A stretch of DNA of 64,000 nucleotides. It comes from a bacterium. GTDB lineage: Bacteria > SAR324 > NAC60-12. The stretch's first letter is position 1. Each line of letters opens with the position of its first letter. This document shows positions 1-11,000 of this stretch, in pieces. The stretch is taken from positions 512,001-576,000 of the forward strand of contig CBDBHR010000029.1 in assembly GCA_965205865.1 (NCBI GenBank), in the 5' to 3' direction. The notes under the pieces were generated by a model. That model saw only the letters and a program-made list of their open reading frames with translations, was not told where the DNA came from and did no database searches. The position numbers and the translations under genes are program-made.

Positions 1-1149
1 TCAATCACACTGCATCTGCTTCTGCTCAACCGTGGATTGAAAATGCCGGGAGCGAGTACAATCCTTGATAATGTCAATGCTGTCAGCAACGAGAGCAGAC
101 AGTTTATTTTCGATGCTCAAATTCGAATGGTTCTCGATGAAGAGTTGGACGATTTTGATATTTTAAAACTGGATAGCACCTCTGTAAAAGGAAATACAGC
201 TTGGCCTACTGATTCGTCGATATTGACTCGTCTCGTGGAGCGAAGCTACCATCGAGGGCGTTCCCTTGATACATTTGGAATCGCTGAGATCAGTGAAAGA
301 AATTTTGATTTCCTCATCAAGGAGATGAATAAGCTCTCTAAGATGATGGCTTTTGAGACAGGTAAAAAGGACAGTAAAACGAAGCGAAAAAAACATTACA
401 AAACCCTATTGAAGAAAGCTCAAAGCGCTCATGGGAAATTTTTAAAAGAAATGGCAAAGGTGGATATCCGTGCCCAAAAAGCTCTTCTCCCCCCTTCTCG
501 GAAAACGCGTTTGATTCGCCTCATTGAAATGATGAATGAAGATATTTCTAATTTGCAACGGGTAATCATCTACTGTCATCAAAGAGTTTTTGAAGAAAAG
601 AAGGTTCCTTCCACTGAGAAAGTATTGAGTCTTTCCGATCAGAGCTCGGCTTATATTCAAAAGGGAGATCGAGAAGCGCTTATCGGATATAAGCCTCAAT
701 TAGGAAGGAGCGGAAATGGTTTTATTTCCGTGTTAATTACTCCGGAGGGCAATGCTGCTGATTCAGGGCAACTCGACCCTGCCCTTGTTGAACATTTGCG
801 ATGCACCATCACCATTCCCTCTGAAGTGAGCCTTGATGATGGATATGCCAATCAGGCGATCAGAGAAAAGTGGATGGGCAAAGGCGTTAAGGTTTTTAGT
901 ATTAGTGGGGCAAAGGGAAAAAAGATGACCCCGATTGAAGAATGGGAAAGTGAAATCTATTTGGAATCACGAAATGGAAGATCTGCTGCAGAGTCGTTGA
1001 TGTTTCATCTTAAGCATCGTTTCCATTTCGGACAAGTTATGCGCAGAGGGATTGAAAACGTTCGGGCAGAGTTGCTGGAAAAAGCATTAACCTATAATTT
1101 TTGCAAAATGATTGAGTTGAAAAAAAGACAACTCAAACAAGCGGCCTGA
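1..1149 (+). CDS. ISNCY/IS5-like DDE transposase, 5' end outside window
   Basis: Frame is open from base 1. Motifs LDSTSVKGNTAWPTDSSIL, EKVLSLSD, YKPQL, SLDDGY and R..AES...HLK are typical of ISNCY-type transposases. Confidence 0.8.
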   Translation, partial: SITLHLLLLNRGLKMPGASTILDNVNAVSNESRQFIFDAQIRMVLDEELDDFDILKLDSTSVKGNTAWPTDSSILTRLVERSYHRGRSLDTFGIAEISERNFDFLIKEMNKLSKMMAFETGKKDSKTKRKKHYKTLLKKAQSAHGKFLKEMAKVDIRAQKALLPPSRKTRLIRLIEMMNEDISNLQRVIIYCHQRVFEEKKVPSTEKVLSLSDQSSAYIQKGDREALIGYKPQLGRSGNGFISVLITPEGNAADSGQLDPALVEHLRCTITIPSEVSLDDGYANQAIREKWMGKGVKVFSISGAKGKKMTPIEEWESEIYLESRNGRSAAESLMFHLKHRFHFGQVMRRGIENVRAELLEKALTYNFCKMIELKKRQLKQAA

Positions 1150-1352
1150 ATATTCAATGGGGGAGTGTGAAATATGAGCAGGGGCGAGGAAAGTATGTCC
1201 AAAAAAGATTTTTTCCCTATAAAAACTGTGCTGTGGGCGAATAAAAAACAAAAATAAATCGTTTTCTCGTCATATTGAATCAAATAGAGAATCAAATAGA
1301 ATCAAATTGGTTACATTTACTATTTTCGAAACCCTTTTCGGCTAGGGTCTAG
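1..1352 (+). mobile_element. ISNCY-like insertion sequence, right part
   Basis: Transposase followed by an AT-rich 3' region ending ...CCCTTTTCGGCTAGGGTCTAG. The exact end is inferred. Confidence 0.55.
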
Positions 1353-1402
1353 CTCGGAATGACAGGTCTTTTGAAAAGTGAAATTTAAACCCGTTTAGAG
1401 TA

Positions 1403-1621
1403 TATCAACGAAAGCACCCCCAGACTCCACGAGAATACGAAGAGTTTCTCCTCGTACATTTTCCTCGATCCCGAGAAGAACTGGAGACGCTCACGGAATC
1501 CTTCATGCAGGCGCGTTACGGCGTGGAAAATTGTGATCGTATGGATTTGAATCGCGTCCAAAACGCATGGAAACAACTGCGACGAGAATTAAGAAACAAC
1601 AGGGAGCGCCCGGAAACATGA
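1403..1621 (+). pseudogene. DUF4129-domain protein, C-terminal remnant (copy 1)
   Basis: Encodes YQRKHPQTPREYEEFLL...LTESFMQARYG; nearly identical to 14473-14691. Confidence 0.65.
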
Positions 1622-1678
1622 AGGTCGTAAAGTAAAATTCCGGCAGGTGAAATCCGCAGAAAGAAAACTTCGAGAGTC

Positions 1679-2689
1679 TCAGTCCAGCACTTTCACTTTC
1701 AGCAGGGAGTGATCTTTCTCCAATATTTTAACCCGGTTCTGCAAAGGGCGTCCCATCCCTTCCCAGTGGATTTCCATCAGGTCGTCCTCTTGCAGGAAAA
1801 TGTTTTCCCCGAAGCTCAAACCATCGGCTCCGAAGAAATGAATGTGAGCATCTCCGGGACGGCGATGCTTGGCGTACTTGAAATGATGGTGCTCCGGATT
1901 TTCGATGCTGTGACTCATGTTGGCATTCCCTGTTTTGATCGGTTTGGACCAGACGATTGCTCCCTGTCGTTTGATGGCAACCTCGCCTTGGACGTGATCA
2001 AGCGCCTGTCCGATGACCAATTCCGGCCCCAAGGCGCATTGCCGGAGTTTGGAATGGGTCAGGTAGAGGTAGTTCTTTTTTTCCATCACGTGGTCGGAAA
2101 ACTCATTGCCGGTGCTGAAGCCGATACGACAGGGCCTTCCTTGCGGATCGATAATATAAACTCCGGCAACTTCGGGCTCCTCACCTCCATCTTCGGCAAA
2201 GGGGAAAACCTCCAGGGCGTCTCCATGAGCCTACAGGATATCCCCTTCCCCCTTGTAGAACCACTCGGGTTGCGCCCCGGCATTTGCCGAATGGGGGCAT
2301 CCTCCTTCAACCCCCAAGTTGTACATTTTCATGCTGTCACTGGGTTCTGCATGAGCAGCTTGCCCTTTATGCATACTGTCCCGGTCCAGCGCGCTGTTTT
2401 TATGAGTCAGTCCGGTCCCCGTAATCAAACAGCGGGTCGGATTGTGCGGGAAATCGAAAGCCGGGAGTAATTTCCAATCCGACTGACCCGTGTAGATCGC
2501 GTCATAGTCCAGGCGATTTTCCGATCGATGCGCTTCAATCAAATCAGAAAGCCGCCCCTGCCGGGAAACCGACTCCCACGCCAATTCATAAGCAGATTTG
2601 TATTTTTCCAGCAAAACCAGTTCATTCGCTTCCACTCGCGCCACCCGCCGTCCATGCTCGGGGTGTTGCAGTTGCACCAGACTTGTCAT
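1679..2689 (-). pseudogene. araD1: AraD1/GguC-like fumarylacetoacetate-hydrolase-family gene with in-frame TAG at 2231-2233
   Basis: Same length (1011 nt) and colinear with the intact copy at 14749-15759. DIL*AHGD here versus DILKAHGD there. Confidence 0.85.
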
Positions 2690-2868
2690 ATCAGGGCTCC
2701 ATATTTATGGTTTTGAAGGATTATCAGTTCGAAATATCAACAAATCCATCAGTCATTGATTATCCACAAGATTTTAAAATTCACTTTAGAAAATCATATT
2801 CAATTTGGACCATTGGAAAGAATTAAGTCAGAGAATCTATTCCATTTTTAGATCCGGATTATTCATAA

Positions 2869-2992
2869 TGCTAACGGCGAAATAACCGGTCCGCTCTCAG
2901 CTTAAAATGAATGATATTTTTTGCGCTTGCCATGCTCTCAAATCGAAGCAAAGCATGCTGTGGTAAGGCTCCGGTTGATTGACAGCTTAGCT
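2869..2992 (+). other. degenerate integron attC-like recombination site
   Basis: TGCTAAC-N5-AATAACCGG ... CCGGTTGATT (one extra G)-N5-CTTAGCT. R' has C instead of the canonical G. Confidence 0.6.
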
Positions 2993-3280
2993 CATTCTTG
3001 ACTGCCAGTACCAAGGTTTTCGATGCATATGGGCAATCGCCCAGATAACAACTCTGTCTTTCTCTGAGGAATAGAGAATCTTATAAGGAAATTTAGGCAC
3101 ATAAGCTTTGTGAATATTATCCGATTCGATCAAAAACCAATTGGGATTCTTTTTGATTGTTTTGAGTTGATCCATTACTGATTTTTTAAATTGTTTTCCC
3201 AACCCTTTTGATTGGAGTTCGTACCATTCAATTGCTTCGTCGAATTCTTTGGCGGTCAATTCATGAATATCAATCTTCAT
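2987..3280 (-). CDS. RelE/ParE-family toxin
   Basis: MKIDIHELTAKEFDEAIEWYE...KFPYKILY...VIWAIAHMHRKPWYW is a ParE-like pattern; overlaps the antitoxin stop. Confidence 0.9.
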   Translation of the reverse strand: MKIDIHELTAKEFDEAIEWYELQSKGLGKQFKKSVMDQLKTIKKNPNWFLIESDNIHKAYVPKFPYKILYSSEKDRVVIWAIAHMHRKPWYWQSRMS

Positions 3281-3476
3281 GATATAGATCCTCAAAGTCT
3301 AATAATTTGGCTTTCCCTGCATTGACGGCTTTTATCCGTGCTTTGACTTCCATAATCCATGATTGACGAATTTCTTCTTCTTCGTAATCAATGCTCGCCA
3401 GAATTAATTCAGCAAAGGCAACCCTTTCGTTAGGTGGCATCTCTAACGCTTTCTCTAAAAGAATTTTTTCCATCAT
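3270..3476 (-). CDS. addiction-module antitoxin (TIGR02574-like)
   Basis: EKALEMPPNERVAFAELILASID...W..EVKARI; AGGAG RBS upstream; directly upstream of the ParE toxin. Confidence 0.85.
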   Translation of the reverse strand: MMEKILLEKALEMPPNERVAFAELILASIDYEEEEIRQSWIMEVKARIKAVNAGKAKLLDFEDLYHED

Positions 3477-3529
3477 GTTTCTCCTTTTCCGGGCTCCGGA
3501 CATTGAAGTAGATTTTCAGAAAGAGATTC

Positions 3530-3660
3530 AGACAAACATACTGTATGGTGGAGTTACCACAACAACCAAGCTTACAGGAGTTTGCCATGTTTTCTCTTCC
3601 CATTGAATCTATAATCTTTTTAGAGTCATATAGACAGTTTTTTTCTCCATCGGTTTGGGG
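3530..3660 (+). mobile_element. IS701-family left end and transposase N-terminal fragment
   Basis: AGGAG RBS followed by MFSLPIESIIFLESYRQFFSPSVW, which resembles IS701-group N-termini; truncated. Confidence 0.45.
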
Positions 3661-3666
3661 ATTAAG

Positions 3667-3970
3667 CTTGGACCAGACAATCGTTCCCTGACGTTTGATG
3701 GCAACCTCGCCCTGGACGTAATCCAGCCTCCGTCCAATGATCAATTCCGGTCCCAATGCGCACTGCCGTGGTGTAGATCGCATCATAATGCAAGCGACAC
3801 CGCGATTAATGCGCTTCAATCAAATCGGAAAGCCGCCCCTGCCGGCTGATCGCCTCCCACGCCAAATCATAAGCGGAGTTGTAATCATCGAGCAAAACCA
3901 ACTCATTCGCTTCCACTCGCGCCACCCGCCGTCTATACTCGGGGGGTTGCAGTTGTACCACACTTGTCAT
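3667..3970 (-). pseudogene. araD1: third, internally deleted AraD1-like copy
   Basis: 3775-3970 matches the araD1 5' end and is joined directly to the RQCALGPELIIG..IVWSK segment; the middle and 3' end are missing. Confidence 0.8.
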
Positions 3971-4295
3971 AACAGGACTCCCTGTTTCAGGTTATTTGGG
4001 ATTTTTTAATGTTAAAGGGTTTCATGCATGCTTCGCATTTGATAGCGTGTCAAGGACTTGTGGTAAAAAACAGGCGTAGTCATTTTAAAAGGGTATCGAG
4101 AACCCAGCGCGACAGTCAGAGTAAAACAGAAAACAGCGAAAAACAATACCAAAGTCCTTTGTGTTTCTGTTTGATTCATCAAATAAATCGTGATAGGAAA
4201 CGAGAAAATAACGAGGAATTTGGTGAAATGAAGTCCAAACTCCAGGTCCGAATTGTTTTGGAACCAAAATAATGAGAATAAAAATGGAAGAATTA

Positions 4296-5331
4296 TATAC
4301 TTTAGACAGGTAATATTTTCATATTCATGAGATACTTTTTAAAATCTCAAATTCGAAGGAGCCTCTCATGATTAAAGTATCGTTTACTAAAGAAATCATT
4401 CGTAAGCTGGATTATGAACGCTATCATTATCCTCATCCTCAGATTCAAAGAAGGCTGGAAACGCTTTACCTGAAGAGTCGATGTTTATCTCACAGTGAAA
4501 TATGCCGTTTGTGCCATATCACAGAGAAAACCTTAAGTACCTGGTTAAAAATCTATCGAGATTCAGGTCTGGAGGGTCTGAAAATTCTCAATTACAAAGG
4601 ACAACCGAGTGCACTCAATGTAGTCCCACGCAGACCAAAGAATTTCTAAAACGAATAGGACTCAAACTTCGCAAAGTCGGACATGTGCCTGGTAAAGCTC
4701 TCAATCCGGATAAAATTCAAGAACAGGAGCACTTTCAAAAAAACAAATTAGAACCACGACTTGAGGAAGCTAAAGAAGGGAAAAGAAGCCTTTTTTTGTA
4801 GATGCCGCTCACTTTGTTCATGGAGCGTTTTTAGGCTACCTTTGGTGCTTTACTCGAATTTTTATTCCCTCTCCTTCCGGGAGAAAACGTTTCAATGTTT
4901 TGGGTGCGATCAATGCGGTGAGCAAAGAAATTATCACCGTTAGCAATCAAACTTATATCAACGCAGAGAGTGTTTGTCAGTTGTTGATTCAACTTGCCGA
5001 ACTGAATTTAAAAATTCCTCTCACTCTTGTGCTGGATAATGCTCGATATCAAAAATGCGCGTTGGTGCGAAATTGTGCCGAGATGCTGGGAATCGAACTG
5101 CTTTATCTTCCTGCTTATTCTCCACATCTCAATTTGATTGAACGCTTTTGGAAGTTTGTCAAAAAACAGTGTCTCTATTCAAAATATTACGAGACTTTCC
5201 CAGAGTTTAAATAAGCGATTGAGCAATGTCTCGAGGAGGCAAATTCAACACACCAACAGAAACTGGAATCTCTCTTGACTTGGAATTTTCAATCTTTTAA
5301 ATATGTGAATAAATCACCCGTTTTAAGTATA
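4296..5331 (+). mobile_element. IS630-family element (decayed)
   Basis: Imperfect TIRs TATACTTTAGACAGGT / ACCCGTTTTAAGTATA with TA ends. HTH ORF from 4368; DDE motifs FVDAAHF, LVLDNARYQ, LPAYSPHLNLIERFW. Confidence 0.9.
4368..5330 (+). pseudogene. IS630 transposase with internal deletion/frameshift near 4620 and premature TAA at 5212-5214
   Basis: Split across three frames. The paralogous fragment at 39969-40240 reads EFKQAIEQ where this copy reads EFK*. Confidence 0.8.
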
Positions 5332-5374
5332 GTTGGTCGGCGTTGAAAAAGCTGTTGAGTCCCTTATCAGCTTT
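5332..5374 (+). mobile_element. short IS110-remnant fragment
   Basis: GTTGGTCGGCGTTGAAAAAGCTGTTGAGTCCCTT is identical to the sequence at about 13524-13557. Confidence 0.6.
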
Positions 5375-5493
5375 TGGATCATATTGGTATTACAGCTATT
5401 TTGTAACTGAAAACCCTACGCGGGCCGCTGTAGCTGAGCACTGATAGCATTTTCGCGATAGTGACTAGGTAGAGGTTATTCATTCCGCGAAGA

Positions 5494-5892
5494 ATGAAGG
5501 GCAAAGTGGCAATTGAAAGAGTCGCAGATATTACCCCAGAAACAGTCGTTCATAGGGTTGGCGGCGGAAACGCAGATAACCTGCGACTATCAATACTGGA
5601 GGAGAAATTGATGCCGCCGGGAATTTCTATCCTTTTGGGCGGGACACCTCAGCAAGCAGCTACTCAGATGAGACAAGCCTTTCCAAGATCCCGAAAGTGG
5701 CGACGTACCGCCCACACCGTTGGGACGACCACAGCGGCAGCGTTGCGACAGGCAGGCTTTGAAATTGTACCCGATTCCACGCCTCGTTTTCCCAACCATG
5801 CTCGCCTGACCCATCTCAATGGCGTGGCGGGTTTCACCAATGCTAATCTGGAAAGGTTGGCACAGACTTTTCGAGACACGAGGGGATGCTAA
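5494..5892 (+). CDS. hypothetical protein, possibly ADP-ribosyltransferase-like toxin fold
   Basis: 132 aa ORF with HRVG...GISI...PNHARL pattern; the fold is an inference. Confidence 0.65.
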   Translation: MKGKVAIERVADITPETVVHRVGGGNADNLRLSILEEKLMPPGISILLGGTPQQAATQMRQAFPRSRKWRRTAHTVGTTTAAALRQAGFEIVPDSTPRFPNHARLTHLNGVAGFTNANLERLAQTFRDTRGC

Positions 5893-5894
5893 TT

Positions 5895-6281
5895 ATGAAA
5901 CTGTATGCCAAACAATTGGTTGACCTGATCGACGCCCAACAGCGGCAGATCGGCCAAATGAAGATTGAACGCAATGAAAATCATCTCATCTTCGGCAAGT
6001 TTTTCCCAAGTTCCGATTTTTCCACCGTAAAGCGCCTCTTTGAGGATTTCGAGGAGGCGGTTAACCTTCAAGCCCTCAGTGTCGTCGATGAACTGGACAC
6101 TAAAATTGCAGCACTTGGGTTGTACTTACGTACACCGGATGGATCGCAACGTATTGAAATCTATGATGCGCAAATCTGGAGCGATGGTGACATGACATGT
6201 CAGCTGTGCGATAGAACCCTTGCTCCCATAGAAGTGCGGAAGTCGACAGAACTGATCCAAGTCACGGAACCGCCTACCTAA
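5895..6281 (+). CDS. hypothetical acidic protein, possible partner/immunity protein
   Basis: Starts 2 nt after the previous stop, AGGGG RBS. Its stop lies inside ACCTAAC (attC R''-like). Confidence 0.65.
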   Translation: MKLYAKQLVDLIDAQQRQIGQMKIERNENHLIFGKFFPSSDFSTVKRLFEDFEEAVNLQALSVVDELDTKIAALGLYLRTPDGSQRIEIYDAQIWSDGDMTCQLCDRTLAPIEVRKSTELIQVTEPPT

Positions 6282-6290
6282 CCAAGCGTT

Positions 6291-6623
6291 GTGGATCCAC
6301 TTCGAAGATCTCATGGATCAGCCGTGCCCAACTCGCGCTGGCTTTAGCCTTTCCTTTGATCTTTTCCCTCTCCATTGGGCTCTCTCCTTTTTTTTTCTCT
6401 CCTTGCCTCGATAAGAACTGCTATAGATGCCATAATAATAAGTGATCGTTTCGTATGGTGAGGGAAGATGCCCTGCCAAAAAAGCCATAAACTCAAATAC
6501 TTCGTAATGGACCTTCTTGGCGGAGGACATTTTGTTTTGATAGTTCCTTTCAAACGCCTCAAAGCTGGCTTCAATAATGCGGTAGTATTCTGTTTTTTCG
6601 GGATGACGTCGCTTATAGATCAA
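6291..6623 (-). mobile_element. IS91-family transposase remnant (N-terminus fused to C-terminal part)
   Basis: MIYKRRHPEKTEYYRII... joined to EFMAFLAGHLPSPYETITYYYGIYSS...WARLIH.IFEVDP; near-identical to 13949-14166. Confidence 0.75.
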
Positions 6624-6841
6624 TGAATAATTCTCCTAATAGTTCATTATATCTTCCATCTTCAGTCTTAGAATTGGGCATTGTCAGGAAATGAATACCT
6701 CACTAAGTTCGTTTTAGGTTCCACCCACAAGATAGGCGCAGCTTTGTAATCCGGATCCTCCTACCATTCATTGGGTCGAGAATGAGTTTATCGATTGGAG
6801 AGATAGAAGCTGAAGAACACAGAAATGTTATTTATATCTTG

Positions 6842-7027
6842 CTACCCTTTCCAGCCGAGGCTGTAGAAGACCTCGCCCAGGCCGGTCAAGTCGCCGATCC
6901 ATATCGTTGCTCCGGTGGTTATGACACCCAGCGCCACCAGCCCGTACATGCGGGACATGGCGTCGGTATAGATCGCGTTGGCCTGAGTTCTGTTGAAGGG
7001 TACGCTGAAGTACTCTTGGGTAGACAT
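6842..7027 (-). pseudogene. truncated membrane protein, Bax-inhibitor-1/YccA-like N-terminus
   Basis: AMSRMYGLVALGVITTGATIW resembles the first TM helix of BI-1/YccA proteins; it is cut at the GC boundary near 6840. Confidence 0.45.
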
Positions 7028-7163
7028 GACGAAGCGAATTCTCCTCAGATCAAGGTGTCGTCACTCCCTAAATTATAGCAAATGGATCGGCCTGACGTTC
7101 AACTCGACTCCTCGTTGAACGCTTCACGTAACAATCCGACGAGCGGTAGGCTCGCATCTTCGT

Positions 7164-8002
7164 TCATGCGGTCGTGTATACAGCCTGCACGACCCTGATG
7201 CGCCCCTCGATAAGGTTACGACGGACGTTCTCAATGCGATCCCGATAATCCGGACCGAGGAGCGCTTCGAGCGCACCCGGGTGTCTCCCCGCCCCTCTGG
7301 ACTCTACCGGTTTCAGCGCCCATTCGATGCTGTCTTGGGTGTCGTCCAGCCATTCGACCTGCGAGAGGCCGCATTCGAGGAGCGTTGCCTTCATGTGATC
7401 GGGACTTACGAGGAAGCTGTACGACGAGTTGATCGCCCACGGAGTCGGGTAATACGGAGGCAAGACGCTACCGGTCACGATTTCGTGAATGGTGAGCTTT
7501 CCTCCGGACCGAAGCACCCGTCGCGCCTCATGGTAGAGGCGGCACTTGTCGGAGACGTTCATACCTACGTGCTCATCCAGACCACGCCAAACGACGTGTC
7601 GCCATAGGACAGATCGAGGGCATTGCCGACATGTAGTAAGACGGCATCACCTAGACCGACTCGCTCAGTGAGCAGTCGGCCCGCATCCACATAGCTCTCC
7701 GTGATGTCGACGCTGGTCACATGACAGCTGTACTCGACCGCCAGCGTGCGCACCGGTCCGCCAATACCGCAGCCAACGTGGAGGACAAAAGCCCCCGGAT
7801 GAAGACCGGCGAGTCTGGCGAGGTCACGAGTGGCGGCACGACCGCGAGCGTGGAGGTTCTCGAAAGGGGCGAGGTCGTCCGACGTAAGGTTGTCGATGTC
7901 TTTCCCTCCGGCCTTCAACGCTTCTAGGAGCGCGTCGCCGAGATGCGGTCTGCCGTAGTGGGAGGGCCTCGAGGAGTCGTATGGCTTCTTGGATGCGGAC
8001 AA
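7164..8002 (-). pseudogene. class I SAM-dependent methyltransferase, split by a 1-nt frameshift near 7574
   Basis: VLHVGCGIGGP SAM motif. Restoring one G gives VVWMEHVGMNVSDK and joins ORFs 7565-8002 and 7164-7562. Confidence 0.8.
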
Positions 8003-8003
8003 C

Positions 8004-11000
8004 TCAGGAGAACGTTACTAAGTCAGGCTCGTCTGTACCCGCCTCGGATGCCGCATTCAAGACCAGCGCTCGGAATAGCTCGACGACCGTTGGGTGACAG
8101 GTGAAGACTAGCACTTGGTTGGTACTCGACAGCTCCGTGAAGGCGACGGCAGCGCGTAGCGCTCGGTCGGGATCGAAATTCACGAGGATCTCGTCCACGA
8201 CGACGGGGAGCGGCTCGGTCCGCTCTCCTAACTCGCGTATCAGCCCGAACCGGAGGGATAGGAAGAGTTGCTCCCGCGTGCCGCGGCTGAGTTCGGACGG
8301 CTGTTTCGTCCGTCCGTCGGCGTCCGTGACCGTAATCGTCTGCTCACCGAGGGGAGCGTAGACCTGCCGGTATCTTCCCTCGGTGATCTCGGTGAAGAAC
8401 TTCTCAGCGTGGCGAACGACTCCCGGCTGGCGCTCGCGCTCGAACTTCCGGCGCGCCTCACTGAGTAGACTCTGCGCGAGAGTGAGCCGCGTCCACGCGC
8501 GCGCGTGCCCCTTGATCTGCTCCAGGCGAACGTTCCGTTCCATCCGAAGTCGTGAGGACTCCTCTTCGCTGACGAGTCTATCTAGTTCGGCCCGAATGGC
8601 ACCACGCTCGGTTGACAACTCCTCCCGCCCAGCGCTGGCAACCGCCAGTTCTTCCTCCAGCGCGGCTATTGCGTCGTCGATTGACTGAGGGTCCGTGTTG
8701 GCGAGGTCGGCCTTCAGTCTTACGAGCGATTCGCCCGGGCCGCTGAGGCGCTGGAGGCGGTCCATGGCATTGTGTGCCTTCTCTTCCAGACTCGTCCTCC
8801 TTTCGAAGAGACCGGCACGCGTGCGAAACTCCTCGGCGTTCTCGGCGCCGCCGGAGCGGAGAAGCTGCCCAAGCTCCTCTTCGGCCTTTTGGAGTTCATT
8901 CCTGCGCTCTTCCAACCGGAGTTCCGCGTCTTCAAGCTCGGCCTCCGCGCCCTCTCGTTTCCTGACGCGCTCCTGGACCTCTTTCAGCAACTCGACGAGA
9001 CGATCGGCGGCCGCGGCAACGGTGCGCGCGTCGTTCCTGTCGAATGTGACATCGAAGGCCGATGAAAGAGGCTCGACGGCCTCGACGTATTCCTTGATGG
9101 CCTTCTCGATGGCCTTGATGCGCTGCTGCCAGCTTCGCACATTTTCATGGTGACTGCGTGCGGTCTTGATTTGCTCTTGAAGTCTAACGACCGTTTCCGG
9201 AGTGAGAGAGTCTTGCAGATTGTGCGCTCGGAGCCATTCCTCCCACTTCAACTGTACTGCGTCCCGATGCTTCTCTCTTTCCACTAGTTGGTGTCTAGCC
9301 TTCTCTAGTTCTTCTTCAGCGCCCGTTCGCGCTCTGACTTTCCGCTCGACCTCTCCGTGCAGTTCGATCAATATGTCCGCAACCCCGGCCACGGTACGAA
9401 GATCGTTACTGTTGAACGGAACATCGAAAGCCGTCGCAAGCGGCTCGACGGCCTCAGCGTATTCGCCGATATCTTTCTCGATAGCCTTTATCCGCTGTCG
9501 CCAAGTACGTACGCTCGATAGGTGGGTGATTCCGAGCTCTACCTTGCCTCGAAGCTCAACGACCGTATCAGGGACGAAAGTATCTCGCAGCTCCCGTGCT
9601 TGGAGCCACTGCTTCCATGCTTCCTGAACTGCTTCGTGCTGCTCTCTCGCCGCGTCAAGAGTTTCTTTGGCTTGGTCGGCTTGACGCTTCCTTTGTCCAG
9701 CCAACTCACGTGCGCGGTCGAGAACTCCTGAGAGATCGTCCCATGCTCGGATTGAAGTCTCCTGGTCGTCGAGAACCCCTTCGGCGGTTATGAGGGAAGT
9801 TGCATTAATAGTCTCGATTTCGAGAGATGCTGCGCCTAGTTTGAGGGCCGATCGGTGATCCGTAAGCTCTGTCTCGGCGCGGTTTAAAGACTCGCGGAGA
9901 GGGGAGGTAGTGGGAGCCTCGGCGTCCACGCCCGAAGACGACAAACTTGACTTGAACAGATACGCGGCAATACCGATCACTAGGCCAGCGACAATACAGA
10001 CAATACCGAATATAAGGGCGGAATCGTCGAGTCCAGCTACTCCAGCCAGAAGTGCCGATGCTCCGGCCAGAACCGTGATGCCAGCAAGAACGCCAACGGT
10101 TGCGACCACCTTGCCTGCGTTTTTACGTCCGTCGTCGGAGTCAGCCCGACTCACAAGGCTGCTAAGCTGATCCTGCAGGGTAGTGACACGCTCCTGGACG
10201 GATTGAATTTGACGGAGTCGCGAGTCCATGGCGCGAATCTGCGCGTGCTGATCTCGTATCTGTTCGGCATTCAGGCTTGGTCTATCGCTTGCATTGAGAT
10301 CCTGTTCGGCCTTGTTTTCCTCCTCAACGGCCTCCTTTAGCGAGGTTTTGGCTTGGGCGAGAGCGGTGCCGAGTCGGTCAAGCTCCCCGGTCGCATCCCG
10401 CAGGCGTTCCTGATAATGGGTAATCTCCTCTCGAACAGCTATGGACAGGTCAAAGGTTTCAAGGCGTACTTCATTCCAGTCGGAGCCCAAGTCTCTCAGA
10501 GTTTCGGACAAGTTTCTTTCATACCCTTCCAGTTCGTCCTCACGTTCTGGCAAGTCATGGACGGAGTTGTCGAAAGACGTGCGTCCTCTTTCCAAGGCAC
10601 GGATATCGTCCGAGTATGTGAGAATGGACTCATGCTTGGTAAGTTTCCCACCCGCTTTCAACGCGGCTTCAGCTTGCTGAACGTTGGAATCGGCCTGCCG
10701 AAAACGTTCCGCACTCTCTTGCAGGCGTATTCCGTATTCTCCAATCTCTTGACTTGCGGTTATAGGCAGATCGAAGGTTTCTATGCGGGTCTCGTCCCAG
10801 TCAGGGCCTAAGTCTCTTAGGGTGTCGGCCAGAGTCCTTTTGTGACCCTCGAGCTCGGTCTTCCGATCCGGGAGGTCTTGAACGGAGTTGTCGAAGGAAG
10901 TGCGGCCCCGTTCCAAGCCGCGAATGTCGGGCGAGTGTTTGAGAATATCCTCGTGTTCTACCCGCACGTCCGCCGCACGTCCAGCCTCTGCCACTCGGAG

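Noticed and set aside
2231-2233. In-frame TAG aligned to Lys in araD1 as possible pyrrolysine/readthrough
   Set aside because: No pyl genes are seen in the window, other TAG codons act as normal stops, and an intact paralog exists; a simple AAG-to-TAG nonsense change suffices.
1709-2470. 253-aa plus-strand ORF
   Set aside because: Antisense shadow of araD1; the equivalent frame is interrupted in the second copy.
6625-6840. HWVENEF..WRD fragment as an ISAs1 remnant
   Set aside because: Too short and degenerate to support.
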